NCBI GenBank assembly: GCA_965249135.1
Contig: OZ252220.1
Coordinates: forward strand, 576,001-640,000
From: Alphaproteobacteria bacterium
Lineage (GTDB): Bacteria; Pseudomonadota; Alphaproteobacteria; GCA-2746255
Length of the DNA stretch: 64,000 bases
Reading direction: 5' to 3'
Below are positions 37,957 through 48,866 of this stretch, in pieces (the first letter of the stretch is position 1; each line of letters begins with the position of its first letter). Under the pieces are notes generated by a model. The model was not told the DNA's origin and did no database searches. It saw nothing but the letters and a program-made list of their open reading frames with translations. A program made the position numbers and the translations under genes.

Positions 37957-40929
37957 ATGCGGCAACCGCCCCTCTTGTCCAATCCTGATGCCTGGCCGCA
38001 CCCGGCGAATGCCGACCGCGCGGCGCTGGGGCGCGAGCACTGGCTCGAGCGGGGCAAGCGCGAGGCGGACGACACGCTGAAGGCCTTCGCCAAGGAATTC
38101 GTGGGCACGCCGGCCGGCGTGACGGTTCTCGATGCCGTCTTCGGAAACAGCCCCTATCTCGGGGACTGCCTCTTGAAGGAAATGACCTTCTTCCGCGACC
38201 TCCTCATGGCGGGCCCGGAAGCGATGGCGGGCACCTTGCGGGACCGTTTGTTTGAGAAGGCGGCCGCCGCCCTCGACGGCGTGGCCCTGAAACGCCTGCT
38301 CCGCGAAACGAAGCGCCAATCGGCATTGCTGATCGCCCTTGCCGACATCGTCGGGCTGTGGACGGTTGAAGAAGTCATGGACGCCTTAAGCGACTTCGCC
38401 GACGCGTCCCTCGCCGTGACGGTCGACCACCTTCTCTACCGCGCGGCGGAAGATGGCGCCCTCGCACCACCCGATCCCATGAGGCCTTCCCTCGATTCCG
38501 GTTTCATCGTGCTTGCCATGGGGAAATTGGGTGCGCACGAATTGAACTACTCGAGCGACGTGGATCTGATCGTTCTCTATGACACAGACCGCATGCACTA
38601 CTGTGGCGATCAGGACGCCCAACGCTTCTTTGAACGCTTAACGCGCGCGCTCATCGCAATTCTCGAGGATCGAACCCCGGACGGCTATGCGTTTCGGACG
38701 GACTTGCGCCTTCGTCCGGATCCGGGCGCAACACCGGTGGCGCTTTCCGTCGTGGCCGCCGAAACCTACTATGAAAGCACCGGTCAGAACTGGGAACGCG
38801 CAGCCTTCATCAAGGCCCGGCCGGTGGCCGGCGATCTCAAGGCGGGTGACGCCTTCCTCGGCGCCTTACGCCCCTTCCTGTGGCGAAAGTCTCTCGATTT
38901 TGCTTCCATTCAGGACATCCATTCCATCAAACGGCAAATCGAATCCCACCGCGGCGGTCATAGGATTGCCGTCGCAGGCCACAACGTGAAACTTGGCCGC
39001 GGGGGCATCCGCGAAATCGAACTCTTCACCCAAACCCAGCAGTTGATCTGGGGTGGCCGCATACCGGAACTGCGCCTGCGCAAGACTTGCGATGCCCTTC
39101 GCGCACTGGTCAAGGCCGGGCGTATCCGTGAAGCAGTCGCCGACGAACTGATCAAAAGCTATCGTTACTTAAGGCGCGTCGAGCACCGCCTGCAGATGAT
39201 CGAGGACAAGCAGACCCACACTCTTCCAGACGAAGCCGGCGAGCTCGAGGCGTTTGCCACCTTTCTCGGATACGCGAACAAGGCCGCGTTCGAAGCCGAA
39301 ATTCGCGAACATCTCGGCCGGGTCGTCCGCCATTCCAGCGAACTTTTCGAAGAAGCGCCGGCCCTTGGCGCGGCAGAGGGCAAGCTCGTCTTCACCGGCG
39401 GCGAAGACGATCCGGAAACCTTGAAGACCTTGGAAAAAATGGGTTTTCGAGACACTTCCAACGTCGCCTCCGTGATCCGCGGGTGGCACCATGGCCGCAC
39501 CCGCGCGACCCGTGCCGAGCGGACGCGCCAAATCCTCACCGAATTGATGCCGACCCTGCTCCGAGCCTTCACCAAGACGGTCAACCCGAACGCCGCCTTC
39601 ATGAAGTTCGATGAGTTCCTTTCGAAACTGCCGACAGGCGTCCAGCTCTTCTCACTTTTCCAGGCAAACCCGCCGCTGCTTGATCTCGTCGCCGAAATCA
39701 TGGGCAGTACGCCGAGTCTCGCCGATAGCTTGAGCCGCAACCCGATCATTCTGGACGCCGTTCTGACGGCGGATTTCTTCGCCCCCCCACCGCCCAGGCA
39801 AGCGATGGCGAAGGAACTTGCCCATGCCCTCAGTGAGGCCCGGGACTTCCAGGACGTGCTGGACATCTCGCGGCGGTGGGCGAACGATTGGAAATTCCGG
39901 ATCGGCGTTCAGGTGCTGCGCAATCGCCTGCCCTCGGACGATGCGGGAAAGCCGCTTTCGGATATTGCGGAGACCCTCGTCACCACCTTGCTCGCCCATG
40001 TCGAGAAGGACTTCCGCGTACGGCATGGCGGGTTTGCGCAAGGCGGCCTGGTCATCGTCGCGATGGGGAAACTCGGCGGGCGCGAGCTTACCTTCCAGTC
40101 CGATCTTGACCTCATCTTCGTCTACGACGTGCCGGAAGGCGTTGAGACGTCGGATGGTGAGCGGCCGCTTTCGCCAAGTCACTACTTCGCGCGGTTGGGC
40201 CAAGCGTTGAACAGCGCGCTTACCTCGCTCACGGCAGAGGGAAAACTCTATGACGTCGACACCCGCCTTCGGCCTTCCGGCGACGCCGGGCCGATCGCAA
40301 CCTCGCTTGCCGCCTATCGGGAATATTTTCGCGACGCCGCCTGGACCTGGGAACGTCAAGCCCTGATCCGGGCGCGAACGCTCGCCGGCCCGCTCGCTTT
40401 ACGCGAGGCAACGGAAGCGGCCATCGCGCAAGCGCTCGACCGGCCGATCGCGCCCGCCACCCTGGTCCGTGACGTGGCCCAGATGCGCGCGCGCATCGCT
40501 TCAAAGCGGCCGGGAAAGAACTGCTGGGACATCAAGAACCGCCCGGGTGGGCTGATCGACGTCGAGTTCTTTTGTCAGTACCTGGTGCTGGCAAATCTGG
40601 CCGATCATCCGGAGATTCGTGACACGAACACCCATGCGACGCTCGAACGCATGGGCGAGAGTGGATTGCTGGCAGCGGAAGAGATCGACACGCTGATTGC
40701 CGCCTCGATGTTCTGGCATCGCGTGCTTGGGCTGTTGCGTCTTTCCTTCGAAGGTCCGTTCGAGGAGGCCGACATCCCGGAAGGCTTGAGGCAGGCGCTG
40801 GTCCGTGCGACGGAATGCGAGGATTTCGAGGATCTGAAGGTCCGCATCGCGAACACGGCGAAAAGCGTTGCGCGCATCTTCAAAAACCGGATAACGAACC
40901 CGGCGGAGGAAACGTCCGATGGCACTTAA
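37957..40929 (+). CDS. glnE: Bifunctional glutamine synthetase adenylyltransferase/adenylyl-removing enzyme
   Basis: Two NT domains (GKLGAHELNYSSDVDL and GKLGGRELTFQSDLDL), DLRLRP, WERAA, KLGRGGIREIE. Confidence 0.95.
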   Translation: MRQPPLLSNPDAWPHPANADRAALGREHWLERGKREADDTLKAFAKEFVGTPAGVTVLDAVFGNSPYLGDCLLKEMTFFRDLLMAGPEAMAGTLRDRLFEKAAAALDGVALKRLLRETKRQSALLIALADIVGLWTVEEVMDALSDFADASLAVTVDHLLYRAAEDGALAPPDPMRPSLDSGFIVLAMGKLGAHELNYSSDVDLIVLYDTDRMHYCGDQDAQRFFERLTRALIAILEDRTPDGYAFRTDLRLRPDPGATPVALSVVAAETYYESTGQNWERAAFIKARPVAGDLKAGDAFLGALRPFLWRKSLDFASIQDIHSIKRQIESHRGGHRIAVAGHNVKLGRGGIREIELFTQTQQLIWGGRIPELRLRKTCDALRALVKAGRIREAVADELIKSYRYLRRVEHRLQMIEDKQTHTLPDEAGELEAFATFLGYANKAAFEAEIREHLGRVVRHSSELFEEAPALGAAEGKLVFTGGEDDPETLKTLEKMGFRDTSNVASVIRGWHHGRTRATRAERTRQILTELMPTLLRAFTKTVNPNAAFMKFDEFLSKLPTGVQLFSLFQANPPLLDLVAEIMGSTPSLADSLSRNPIILDAVLTADFFAPPPPRQAMAKELAHALSEARDFQDVLDISRRWANDWKFRIGVQVLRNRLPSDDAGKPLSDIAETLVTTLLAHVEKDFRVRHGGFAQGGLVIVAMGKLGGRELTFQSDLDLIFVYDVPEGVETSDGERPLSPSHYFARLGQALNSALTSLTAEGKLYDVDTRLRPSGDAGPIATSLAAYREYFRDAAWTWERQALIRARTLAGPLALREATEAAIAQALDRPIAPATLVRDVAQMRARIASKRPGKNCWDIKNRPGGLIDVEFFCQYLVLANLADHPEIRDTNTHATLERMGESGLLAAEEIDTLIAASMFWHRVLGLLRLSFEGPFEEADIPEGLRQALVRATECEDFEDLKVRIANTAKSVARIFKNRITNPAEETSDGT

Positions 40930-41383
40930 ACAAGGCGACAAGGCCCCCGATTTCACGCTGTCCACCGATGACGGCGGCAAGCTCTCGCTCAAAAAACTCC
41001 GCGGCAAGAAGGTCGTTCTTTATTTCTATCCAAAGGATTTGACGCCGGGCTGCACGAAGGAGGCGTGTGGGTTTCGCGATTCTTATGCCGCGTTGAAGCG
41101 AAAGAATGTCGAGGTCATCGGGGTTTCGAAGGACAGCGTCGAACACCACGCCAAGTTCAAGGAGAAATATGACCTTCCCTTCCCGCTCGTCTCGGACGAG
41201 AAGGGCGAGGTCATCGAGGCCTACGGCGTGTGGAAGAAGAAAAGTCTCTATGGGCGAAGCTTCTTAGGCATCGAGCGCGCGACCTTCCTCATCGACGAAA
41301 AGGGCATCCTGCGCAAGCTTTGGCGAAAGGTGAAGGTGGGCGGCCACATCGAAGAGGTGGAAGCAGCCCTCAACGCGCTTTAG
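40919..41383 (+). CDS. bcp: Peroxiredoxin Bcp
   Basis: [21 protein letters not shown]. Confidence 0.93.
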   Translation: MALKQGDKAPDFTLSTDDGGKLSLKKLRGKKVVLYFYPKDLTPGCTKEACGFRDSYAALKRKNVEVIGVSKDSVEHHAKFKEKYDLPFPLVSDEKGEVIEAYGVWKKKSLYGRSFLGIERATFLIDEKGILRKLWRKVKVGGHIEEVEAALNAL

Positions 41384-42490
41384 CCCCCCTCGCCGCCGAC
41401 GCGCTGGGCCAATGAGGCGGTCAGGAACGGATCAAGAGCGCCGTCAAGCACGCCCGGCGCGTTCCCGGTTTCGACCCCGGTGCGCAGGTCCTTCACCATC
41501 TGATAGGGGTGCAGCACGTAGGACCGGATCTGATGCCCCCATCCGATCTCCGTCTTCTCCGCTTCCTTCGCTTTCGCCTGTTCCTCGCGTTTCTTGAGTT
41601 CCAGTTCATAAAGCCGCGCGCGCAGCATGTTCATCGCCTCCGAACGGTTGCGGTGCTGGGAACGGTTCGACTGGCACTGGACGGCGATGCCGCTCGGCAG
41701 GTGGGTGATGCGCACGGCGCTGTCCGTCTTGTTGACGTGTTGGCCGCCGGCGCCGGAGGCGCGGTAGGTGTCGACGCGAAGGTCCTTGTCCGGGACCTCC
41801 ACTTCGATCGATTCGTCGATCACCGGATAGACCCAGACGGACGCGAAGCTCGTATGACGCCGCGCACTTGCATCGAAAGGCGAGATGCGCACCAGCCGGT
41901 GCACGCCGCTTTCCGTCTTCAGCCAGCCAAACGCGTTCGGCCCCATGATGCGGACGGTTGCGGATTTGATCCCCGCCTCCTCGCCCGGGCTTTCTTCCAG
42001 CCATTCGGTCTTGAAATCGTGCTGCTCGGCCCACCGCATATACATACGAAGCAGCATCTCCGCCCAATCCTGGGATTCGGTGCCACCGGCGCCGGCGTGC
42101 ACCTCGAGGAAGCAATCGTTGCCGTCCGCCTCGCCCGAGAGCAGGCTCTCGAGCTCGAGTTTGGCGGCGCGAGAGCGAAGCGCGCCAAGGGCCGCCTCGG
42201 CTTCCGCGACGACTTCCTGGTCGCCCTCCGCCTCGCCGAGCGCAATCAGCTCGAGGTGATCGGAAAGCTCGCCTTCGATTTCGCGGCAGGCATTGATCGC
42301 GGCCTCGAGCTGCGTGCGCTCTTTTAGAATTCGTTGGGCTTCCTCCGGCTTGTCCCAAAGCGCCGGGTTTTCGGCTTCCCGGGTCAGCGTCTCCAAGCGT
42401 TTGAGGGCGTTTTCCCAGTCAAAGATGCCTCCTCAGCAGCTCGAGCGACTGCCGGATCGTTTCCGCCACGGTTTCTATCTCGGCGCGCAT
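41380..42490 (-). CDS. prfB: Peptide chain release factor 2 (programmed +1 frameshift)
   Basis: SPF and GGQ motifs; first frame [23 protein letters not shown] ends at CTT TGA and continues +1 as DWENAL. Confidence 0.97.
42418..42433 (-). promoter_or_regulatory. RF2 autoregulatory frameshift cassette
   Basis: AGGAGG-CAT-CTT-TGA-C on the minus strand. Confidence 0.95.
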
Positions 42491-42524
42491 GGTCGTAAGG
42501 GCCCCTCGTTGGTTTCTTGAAGAA

Positions 42525-44996
42525 TTAATATAGGCCGCCGGTGCCGTCCGTGGGAACGGTCGGTGCGGTAACGCCGGTGCTGCCATCGAGAACGGGCCCG
42601 CGTCCCTTCGGCTCCGTGCCGGGCTTGAAGGCTTCCAGGATCACCTTGCGGTCGCCGGGGCGCGCCGGCAGACCGGTCTGGGCGTTCACCCGAACGAGTT
42701 GAATGCCGGGCGGGATTCGGAACGGCACGGCCGGCTTGCCGCGCAAGGTTTCCGTCATGAAATCCCGGAAGATGGGAGCGGCGACCCTGGAGCCGGCTTC
42801 CTTGGGGCCCAAGGACCGTGGCACGTCGAAGCCCACGAAAACACCGACGACGAGGTCCGGCGAGAATCCGACGAACCAGGTGTCTATGTGCTCATTCGTC
42901 GTGCCGGTCTTGCCGCCAAGGGGCTTGCGGATGGGGCGCGCGATCCGACCGGTGCCGCGCTGGATGACGCCCTCCAGCATGGAGACGATTTGATAGGCCG
43001 AGCCTGCGTCCGCCAACCGTTCGCTCAACTCCGGTAGCTCCGGCACCTCCGTAAGGGAGGGCGCGCCGTTCGCTTCCGCCTCCAGCGTGTCCGCCGCATC
43101 CAGCCAGCTGGTCACCGCACAAGCCTCACATTTACGAGGGTCCTGCCGAAAAATGGTTTGCCCATGACGGTCCTGGATCCGATCGATGAAGGCCGGCTGA
43201 AGGCGCTTCCCCCCATTCACGAGCATCGCGTATCCGTTCGTAAGCCGGAGCAGCGTCGTTTCGCCCGCGCCCAGCGCCATCGAAAGGATGGGGGGCATGT
43301 CATCGACAATATCGAACCGCTTTGCAACCTCGACGACGGCATCCATGCCGATCGTCTGGGCAAGCCGCACCGTCATCAGATTGCGGGATTTCTCGATGCC
43401 GAGCCGCATCGTGCTGGGACCATAGAATTTCTCGCCGTAGTTCATCGGCTTCCATTTGCCGAGGCCGGGTCCCTGATCGATCACGAAGGGCGCGTCGAGG
43501 ACCAAGCTCGAAGGCGTGAAGCCGGCACCCAGCGCCGCCAGATAGACGAAGGGCTTGAAGGCGGAGCCTGGCTGACGTAGGGCCTGGGTCGCGCGGTTGA
43601 ACTCCGACTTTTCGAAATCGAAACCACCGGTCATGGCAAGCACGCGGCCCGTATGGGGGTCCATGGCGACCAACCCGCCCTCGACTTCCGGGATCTGGCG
43701 CAGGCCATAGGTGCCGGGTGGCGGGGTCGCGCCATCGACCGGGCGGCGATCGGCTTCCACCGCGACGATGTCGCCCACTTCAACGACGTCCCGAGGCGCC
43801 CGGACCTTTGGGCCCAGGTATTCGCCTTCCAGCCAGGGCCGCGCCCATCGCATCTTGCCAAGGGGGATCTTGCCAAGGCTACCATCCGCAAAGCCGATCC
43901 AGGCGGCGTCCGCCTCCAAATTCAGAACCATGGCAAGCCGCCAATCGCCAAGCCCGTCGGGCTCACGCACGGCGGCCAGCAACTGCGGCCAGGCCGACCC
44001 CGGATCGATCCACGCGATCGGCCCCCGCCAGCCGTGGCGGCGGTCGTAATTAATGAGGCCGGCGCGAAGCGTCCTTTCGGCGATTGCTTGAAGCTTCGGG
44101 TCCAGCGTCGTGCGAACGGAAAGCCCGCCGTGATAAAGCCCTTTCTCGCCATAGCTTTTCAAAAGCTCGCGGCGCACTTCCTCGACGAAGAAGTCGGCCT
44201 TCGCCAAATCGGCCGTCCCGCGCTTGCGGGCGACGACGAGCGGGGCCAGCTTCGCCGACTTTGCCGCCGAGGAACTGATGAGGCCTTGCGAGGCCATGCG
44301 GTCGATCACCCAGTTGCGCCGCGCCTTTGCCGCTTCGGACTTGTGAACAGGGTGGTAGTTGTTCGGGGCCTTCGGCAAGGCGGCAAGGTAGGCGGCTTCC
44401 TCGATCGAAAGCTCATCCAGCGATTTGTCATAGTAGTTCAGCGCCGCCGCTGCCACCCCGTAGGAGCCGAAACCGAGATAGATCTCGTTCAGGTAAAGCT
44501 CGAGGATGCGATCCTTCGAAAAGGCATGTTCGATCCGAAAGGCGAGGATCGCTTCCTTGATCTTGCGATCCAGGCTCAACTCATTCGTCAGCAGGAAATT
44601 CTTCGCCACCTGCTGGGTAATCGTGGAGGCGCCCTGCGGACGGCGGTTCTGACCAAGATGGGACAGGTTGTCGATGAAGGCGCGGATGACGCTCAAGACA
44701 TCGACGCCGGGATGGGCGTAGAAATTCTTATCCTCGGCGGCAAGAAACGCCTTGATGATGCGTTTGGGGATCGCCTTGACCGGAATGAAAACACGCTTTT
44801 CGACGGCGTATTCGGCAAGCAGTCGCCCATCGCCTGCATAAAACCGCGTCACGGTCGGCGGCTCGTAATCGGCAAGCTGCTGATAGTCCGGAAGTCCCCT
44901 TCCGAAATAGAAGAAGACTCCAAGCGCCGCGGCGAAGCCCAGAAAGGCGACAAACGCGACGATAACAAGCAGGTTAAAGACCGTACGCAGCATCAC
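42525..44996 (-). CDS. mrcA: Penicillin-binding protein 1A
   Basis: TG motifs EDKNF, GASTITQQ, RKIKE, YLNEIY; TP motifs SAFK, SRN, KTG. Confidence 0.93.
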   Translation of the reverse strand: MMLRTVFNLLVIVAFVAFLGFAAALGVFFYFGRGLPDYQQLADYEPPTVTRFYAGDGRLLAEYAVEKRVFIPVKAIPKRIIKAFLAAEDKNFYAHPGVDVLSVIRAFIDNLSHLGQNRRPQGASTITQQVAKNFLLTNELSLDRKIKEAILAFRIEHAFSKDRILELYLNEIYLGFGSYGVAAAALNYYDKSLDELSIEEAAYLAALPKAPNNYHPVHKSEAAKARRNWVIDRMASQGLISSSAAKSAKLAPLVVARKRGTADLAKADFFVEEVRRELLKSYGEKGLYHGGLSVRTTLDPKLQAIAERTLRAGLINYDRRHGWRGPIAWIDPGSAWPQLLAAVREPDGLGDWRLAMVLNLEADAAWIGFADGSLGKIPLGKMRWARPWLEGEYLGPKVRAPRDVVEVGDIVAVEADRRPVDGATPPPGTYGLRQIPEVEGGLVAMDPHTGRVLAMTGGFDFEKSEFNRATQALRQPGSAFKPFVYLAALGAGFTPSSLVLDAPFVIDQGPGLGKWKPMNYGEKFYGPSTMRLGIEKSRNLMTVRLAQTIGMDAVVEVAKRFDIVDDMPPILSMALGAGETTLLRLTNGYAMLVNGGKRLQPAFIDRIQDRHGQTIFRQDPRKCEACAVTSWLDAADTLEAEANGAPSLTEVPELPELSERLADAGSAYQIVSMLEGVIQRGTGRIARPIRKPLGGKTGTTNEHIDTWFVGFSPDLVVGVFVGFDVPRSLGPKEAGSRVAAPIFRDFMTETLRGKPAVPFRIPPGIQLVRVNAQTGLPARPGDRKVILEAFKPGTEPKGRGPVLDGSTGVTAPTVPTDGTGGLY

Positions 44997-45046
44997 ACAC
45001 CGATTGCAAAGTCATGCAGTGGAGATTGGGATCAAGGACCCCGCCT

Positions 45047-46234
45047 CTAAAGATCCCGGCCGTCGAAGTACTGATCCGTCGCCTTCACGATCGCCCCCGC
45101 CAAGCGGGAGCGATGGGCCTTGTCCCGCAGAAGCTTTTCTTCATTACGGTTCGAAAGATAGCCCATTTCCACCAGGATGGAGGGGACATCCGGCGCCATC
45201 AGAACCGCAAACCCGGCCGATCGGCGCGTATTCCGCACCAGGCGCGTGACCTTGCCCATCTCCTTGATCAGTAAATTGGCGAAATTCAGCGACGAATTCA
45301 ATGAATCGCGTTGGGCGATGTCGATCAGGATGTTGGTGAGCACGGGGTCGGCGTCCGAAAAATCCAGGCCGGCGATGATATCCGCCTTGTTTTCCTTGGC
45401 GGCAAGGGCCGCCGCCTCCTTATCGGAGGCCTTCTCGGAGAGCGTATAGATGGAGGCCCCACGGGTCTTGCGATTGCGGTGCGAATCCGCATGCAGCGAG
45501 ATGAAGAGGTTGGCCCCGGCCTGGCGGGCCATCGCCACCCGCGAGCGCAATGGGATGAAGATGTCCCGGTTCCGGGTAAGCAGGGCGCGATAGTAGCCGC
45601 TCGCCTCCAGCTTTTGCTTCAGTTTCCTGGCGACATCCAGGGTGACCTGTTTTTCGAGCAGGCCGGAACGGCTGAGCGCGCCCGGATCGACGCCGCCATG
45701 GCCGGGATCGATGACGATGAGCGGCTTCGTTCCATTTTTCGGGGCGGGTGGCGGCACCGGTGAGGCGGCTAAAGCTGCCTTCGGCCGCGTGGCTTTGTCG
45801 CGGGAACGCTTGAAGGCCTTCCAGCTTACTGCCTCCAGGTCGAGGACGAAGCGATAGCGATGCTGGCCGATCGGATTGAGTAAAAAGGCCTTCTTCACGG
45901 CGACGGGCTGACCGGCGTCAAGGACGATGCGGGACGTGCCTGCCGTAAATAAGCCGTAGCGAAACCCCTGGATCAGCCCCTTGCCTGCCTCGAGGGCATT
46001 CGGCGGAATCCGCCATGCCACTTCCGGAAAGTCGACGACGATCCGGTAGGGGTTGGCCAGCGTGAAAATCTGGAATTCGACGCGTTCCGAAAAATCAAGC
46101 ACGAAGCGGGTCATCGCGAGGTGTTCGCCGGCCCGCACCCCCAGCACGCTCGGTTCCGCCGCCACCGCGCCTGGCCACCACGACCCGACCAGCAAGATCA
46201 GAAAAGCGATGCGTCGCATCTGTAATCTCGCCAT
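45047..46234 (-). CDS. amiC: N-acetylmuramoyl-L-alanine amidase (AMIN + Amidase_3)
   Basis: AMIN (NPYRIVVDF), IDPGHGG, SLHADS, LVEMGY; start 46234 or 46219. Confidence 0.88.
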   Translation of the reverse strand: MARLQMRRIAFLILLVGSWWPGAVAAEPSVLGVRAGEHLAMTRFVLDFSERVEFQIFTLANPYRIVVDFPEVAWRIPPNALEAGKGLIQGFRYGLFTAGTSRIVLDAGQPVAVKKAFLLNPIGQHRYRFVLDLEAVSWKAFKRSRDKATRPKAALAASPVPPPAPKNGTKPLIVIDPGHGGVDPGALSRSGLLEKQVTLDVARKLKQKLEASGYYRALLTRNRDIFIPLRSRVAMARQAGANLFISLHADSHRNRKTRGASIYTLSEKASDKEAAALAAKENKADIIAGLDFSDADPVLTNILIDIAQRDSLNSSLNFANLLIKEMGKVTRLVRNTRRSAGFAVLMAPDVPSILVEMGYLSNRNEEKLLRDKAHRSRLAGAIVKATDQYFDGRDL

Positions 46235-46706
46235 ATCTAGAGTTCGAGAACGCAATTCCATACCATATATCGAAACGCCATCGAAATTTCCCTCGAAGAA
46301 AGCGCCCTCGCGGCAAGGAGGAAAGCTGAAAAAACTAATATATTTCAACAAATTACACAAATCCTTTGGCGAATGCCTGGCGGGCGGCGTATGTTGCCAA
46401 TTGCGATTGTCGCAAGCCGTCTGTCCCGATTCGTCGTGGCAGGGGCGCGGTTCCCGATTTCCGGCCAGGAACATTCCATCAATCCCCCTGGCAATCGGTC
46501 AACGGCGTCAAGGACTTGCGATGAAATATTGAACCTAGAAGTCGGCAAGCCCTCCATGGGTTGGCCGCTGAACGCGATCCCCGTCCTGACCCGAGTGGTT
46601 GGTGTTCGACGGGTTAAGAACGCAAGGCGCCGCCGATTTCGTAGATTTGCCGCCCCGGACTTTCGCTATCGCACGAAGGACCGGGCCGGCACGGAGTTTT
46701 TGCCGA

Positions 46707-48866
46707 ATGGCAAGACGCATGCTGATCGGAGCGACACATCCGGAGGAAACCCGCGTCGTCATCCTCGATGGAAATCGAATTGAAGAATTCGATTTCGAAA
46801 CCTCCACCAAGAAACAGCTCAAGGGAAACATTTACCTCGCCAAGGTGACGCGCGTTGAGCCGTCCCTGCAGGCGGCGTTTGTCGATTACGGCAGCGGGCG
46901 ACACGGCTTCCTGGCCTTCAGCGAAATCCACCCGGATTACTACCAGCTCCCGATCGCCGACCGCCGCGCCATCCTCAAGGAGGAGGCCGCGATTCTCGAA
47001 TCGGAAGGCGCCGAGGCAAGCGCCGAGACGCTCCCCGACGAGCCGGGCGAACCGGCGACGGAGCCGGAAAAGAAAACGAAGAAGTCGAAGGATAAGGCCG
47101 CCCCTTCCGACAACCAGGAAGAGCACGTCGAAACCGTCGGCGGCGATGAGATTGAGGAAGCGGCGCGCCGCCGCCGCCCTGCCCGCAGCTACAAGATTCA
47201 AGAGGTGATCAAGCGGCGGCAAATCCTGCTCGTTCAGGTCGTGAAGGAAGAGCGAGGGAACAAGGGGGCGGCGCTGACGACCTATATTTCGCTTGCCGGG
47301 CGCTACTGCGTGCTGATGCCGAACACGGCCCGCGGCGGCGGCATCTCCCGCAAGATCACCAGCCAGACCGACCGCAAGCGGCTGCGCGACATCCTGAAGG
47401 GTCTTTCCATCCCGGCCGGGATGGGCGTCATCCTGCGGACGGCGGGGATCGAGCGAACGAAGGCGGAAATCCGGCGCGATTCCGAATATTTGCTGCGTCT
47501 TTGGAACACGGTTCGGGAATTGACGCTGAAATCGACGGCACCGGCCCTCGTCTATGAGGAAGCGAATCTGATCAAACGCTCCATTCGCGACCTCTATCGC
47601 AAGGACATCGAGGAAATCCTCGTCGATGGGGAGGAAGGGTATCGGCTGGCCAAGGACTTCATGCGCACGCTTGCGTCTTCCCATGCAAAGCATGTGCAGC
47701 GCTACAAGGATCCGAACATTCCGCTTTTCCAGCGCTACCAGATCGAGGCGCAACTGGACGAGATTCATAGCCCGCGCATCGAACTGAAGTCCGGCGGCTA
47801 CGTCATCATCAATCCGACGGAAGCGCTCGTTTCCATCGATGTGAACTCCGGCAAGGCAACAAAGGAGCGGAACATCGAAGAAACCGCCGTGAAGACGAAT
47901 ATGGAAGCGGCGGCGGAAACCGCCCGCCAACTGCGTCTTCGGGATCTCGGCGGTCTCATCGTCATCGACTTCATCGACATGGAGGAAGGCAAACACCGCC
48001 GCCAGATCGAGCGCTGCCTGAAAGAGGGCATGAAGACGGATCGCGCGCGGATTCGCCTCGGCAAGATCAGCGCCTTCGGGCTGCTGGAAATGTCGCGCCA
48101 ACGGCTGCGGCCGAGCCTGATCGAGGCAAGCTCCGAATCCTGCCCCCATTGCACCGGCACCGGCATCGTCCGTTCGACGGAATCGACCGCCCTTCACGTC
48201 CTTCGCGCCATCGAAGAGGAAGGCGCGCGCAAACGAAGCGCGGAGATCAACGTCGTCGTGCCGACGGAGGTGGCGCTTTATCTTCTGAACCAAAAACGCG
48301 AGACGCTGGTGGAACTGGAGACACGCTTTGGCTCCCGTGTCCTCATCTCCCGTGACGACGCCCTGATCCCGCCGGACTTCCGGATGGAGCGCGAAAAAAC
48401 GCAGGCCCGTGAAAAGGCAGGGAGCGCATCCGGCACGGCGGAAACCGAGAAGAACGGCCGCCGGCCACGGCGCCGTCGGAAGACAGAAGAACGCAAGCCG
48501 GAAGAAAGAAAGGCGGAAGAAGAAACCGCCGAGACGCAGGCGGAAGCGGTGAAAACCACCGCGGAAAAAGAAGACGAGCAGCCCCGCAAGCGTCGCCGCC
48601 GCGGCCGCAGGGGCGGTCGCCGGCATGCCTGCACGAAGGCGGCGAGAGAAGAAAACGAAGCGCCCGCAGAAAGTGCCGTCGCCAGCGAGGAGAAAACCAA
48701 GGCAACGGAGAAGAAGCCCCGGCGCCGTCGCCGGACGCCCCGCAGGAAGGCGGCAGTGGAAACGACACCCGCCACTTCCGAATCCGTGGAGACATCCCCC
48801 GCCCAGGCCCGTGCATCGGCTGCAGACGAAACCCCGATCAAAGCCGAGGCCCCGGCCAACGACTGA
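46707..48866 (+). CDS. rne: Ribonuclease E
   Basis: GNIYLAKVTRVEPSLQAAFVDYG, KEERGNKGAAL, IDVNSG, VIDFIDM, Zn-link CPHC; Arg/Glu-rich disordered tail. Confidence 0.95.
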   Translation: MARRMLIGATHPEETRVVILDGNRIEEFDFETSTKKQLKGNIYLAKVTRVEPSLQAAFVDYGSGRHGFLAFSEIHPDYYQLPIADRRAILKEEAAILESEGAEASAETLPDEPGEPATEPEKKTKKSKDKAAPSDNQEEHVETVGGDEIEEAARRRRPARSYKIQEVIKRRQILLVQVVKEERGNKGAALTTYISLAGRYCVLMPNTARGGGISRKITSQTDRKRLRDILKGLSIPAGMGVILRTAGIERTKAEIRRDSEYLLRLWNTVRELTLKSTAPALVYEEANLIKRSIRDLYRKDIEEILVDGEEGYRLAKDFMRTLASSHAKHVQRYKDPNIPLFQRYQIEAQLDEIHSPRIELKSGGYVIINPTEALVSIDVNSGKATKERNIEETAVKTNMEAAAETARQLRLRDLGGLIVIDFIDMEEGKHRRQIERCLKEGMKTDRARIRLGKISAFGLLEMSRQRLRPSLIEASSESCPHCTGTGIVRSTESTALHVLRAIEEEGARKRSAEINVVVPTEVALYLLNQKRETLVELETRFGSRVLISRDDALIPPDFRMEREKTQAREKAGSASGTAETEKNGRRPRRRRKTEERKPEERKAEEETAETQAEAVKTTAEKEDEQPRKRRRRGRRGGRRHACTKAAREENEAPAESAVASEEKTKATEKKPRRRRRTPRRKAAVETTPATSESVETSPAQARASAADETPIKAEAPAND

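Noticed and set aside
42418-42433. Frameshift in prfB as a pseudogene or novelty
   Set aside because: Canonical, well-described RF2 autoregulatory +1 frameshift
46614-48626. 670-aa antisense ORF over rne (also long antisense ORFs over nnr, glnA, atm1, mrcA and nrdJ)
   Set aside because: Shadow ORFs expected from high-GC codon bias; no recognisable motifs, and the opposite strand carries clear conserved genes
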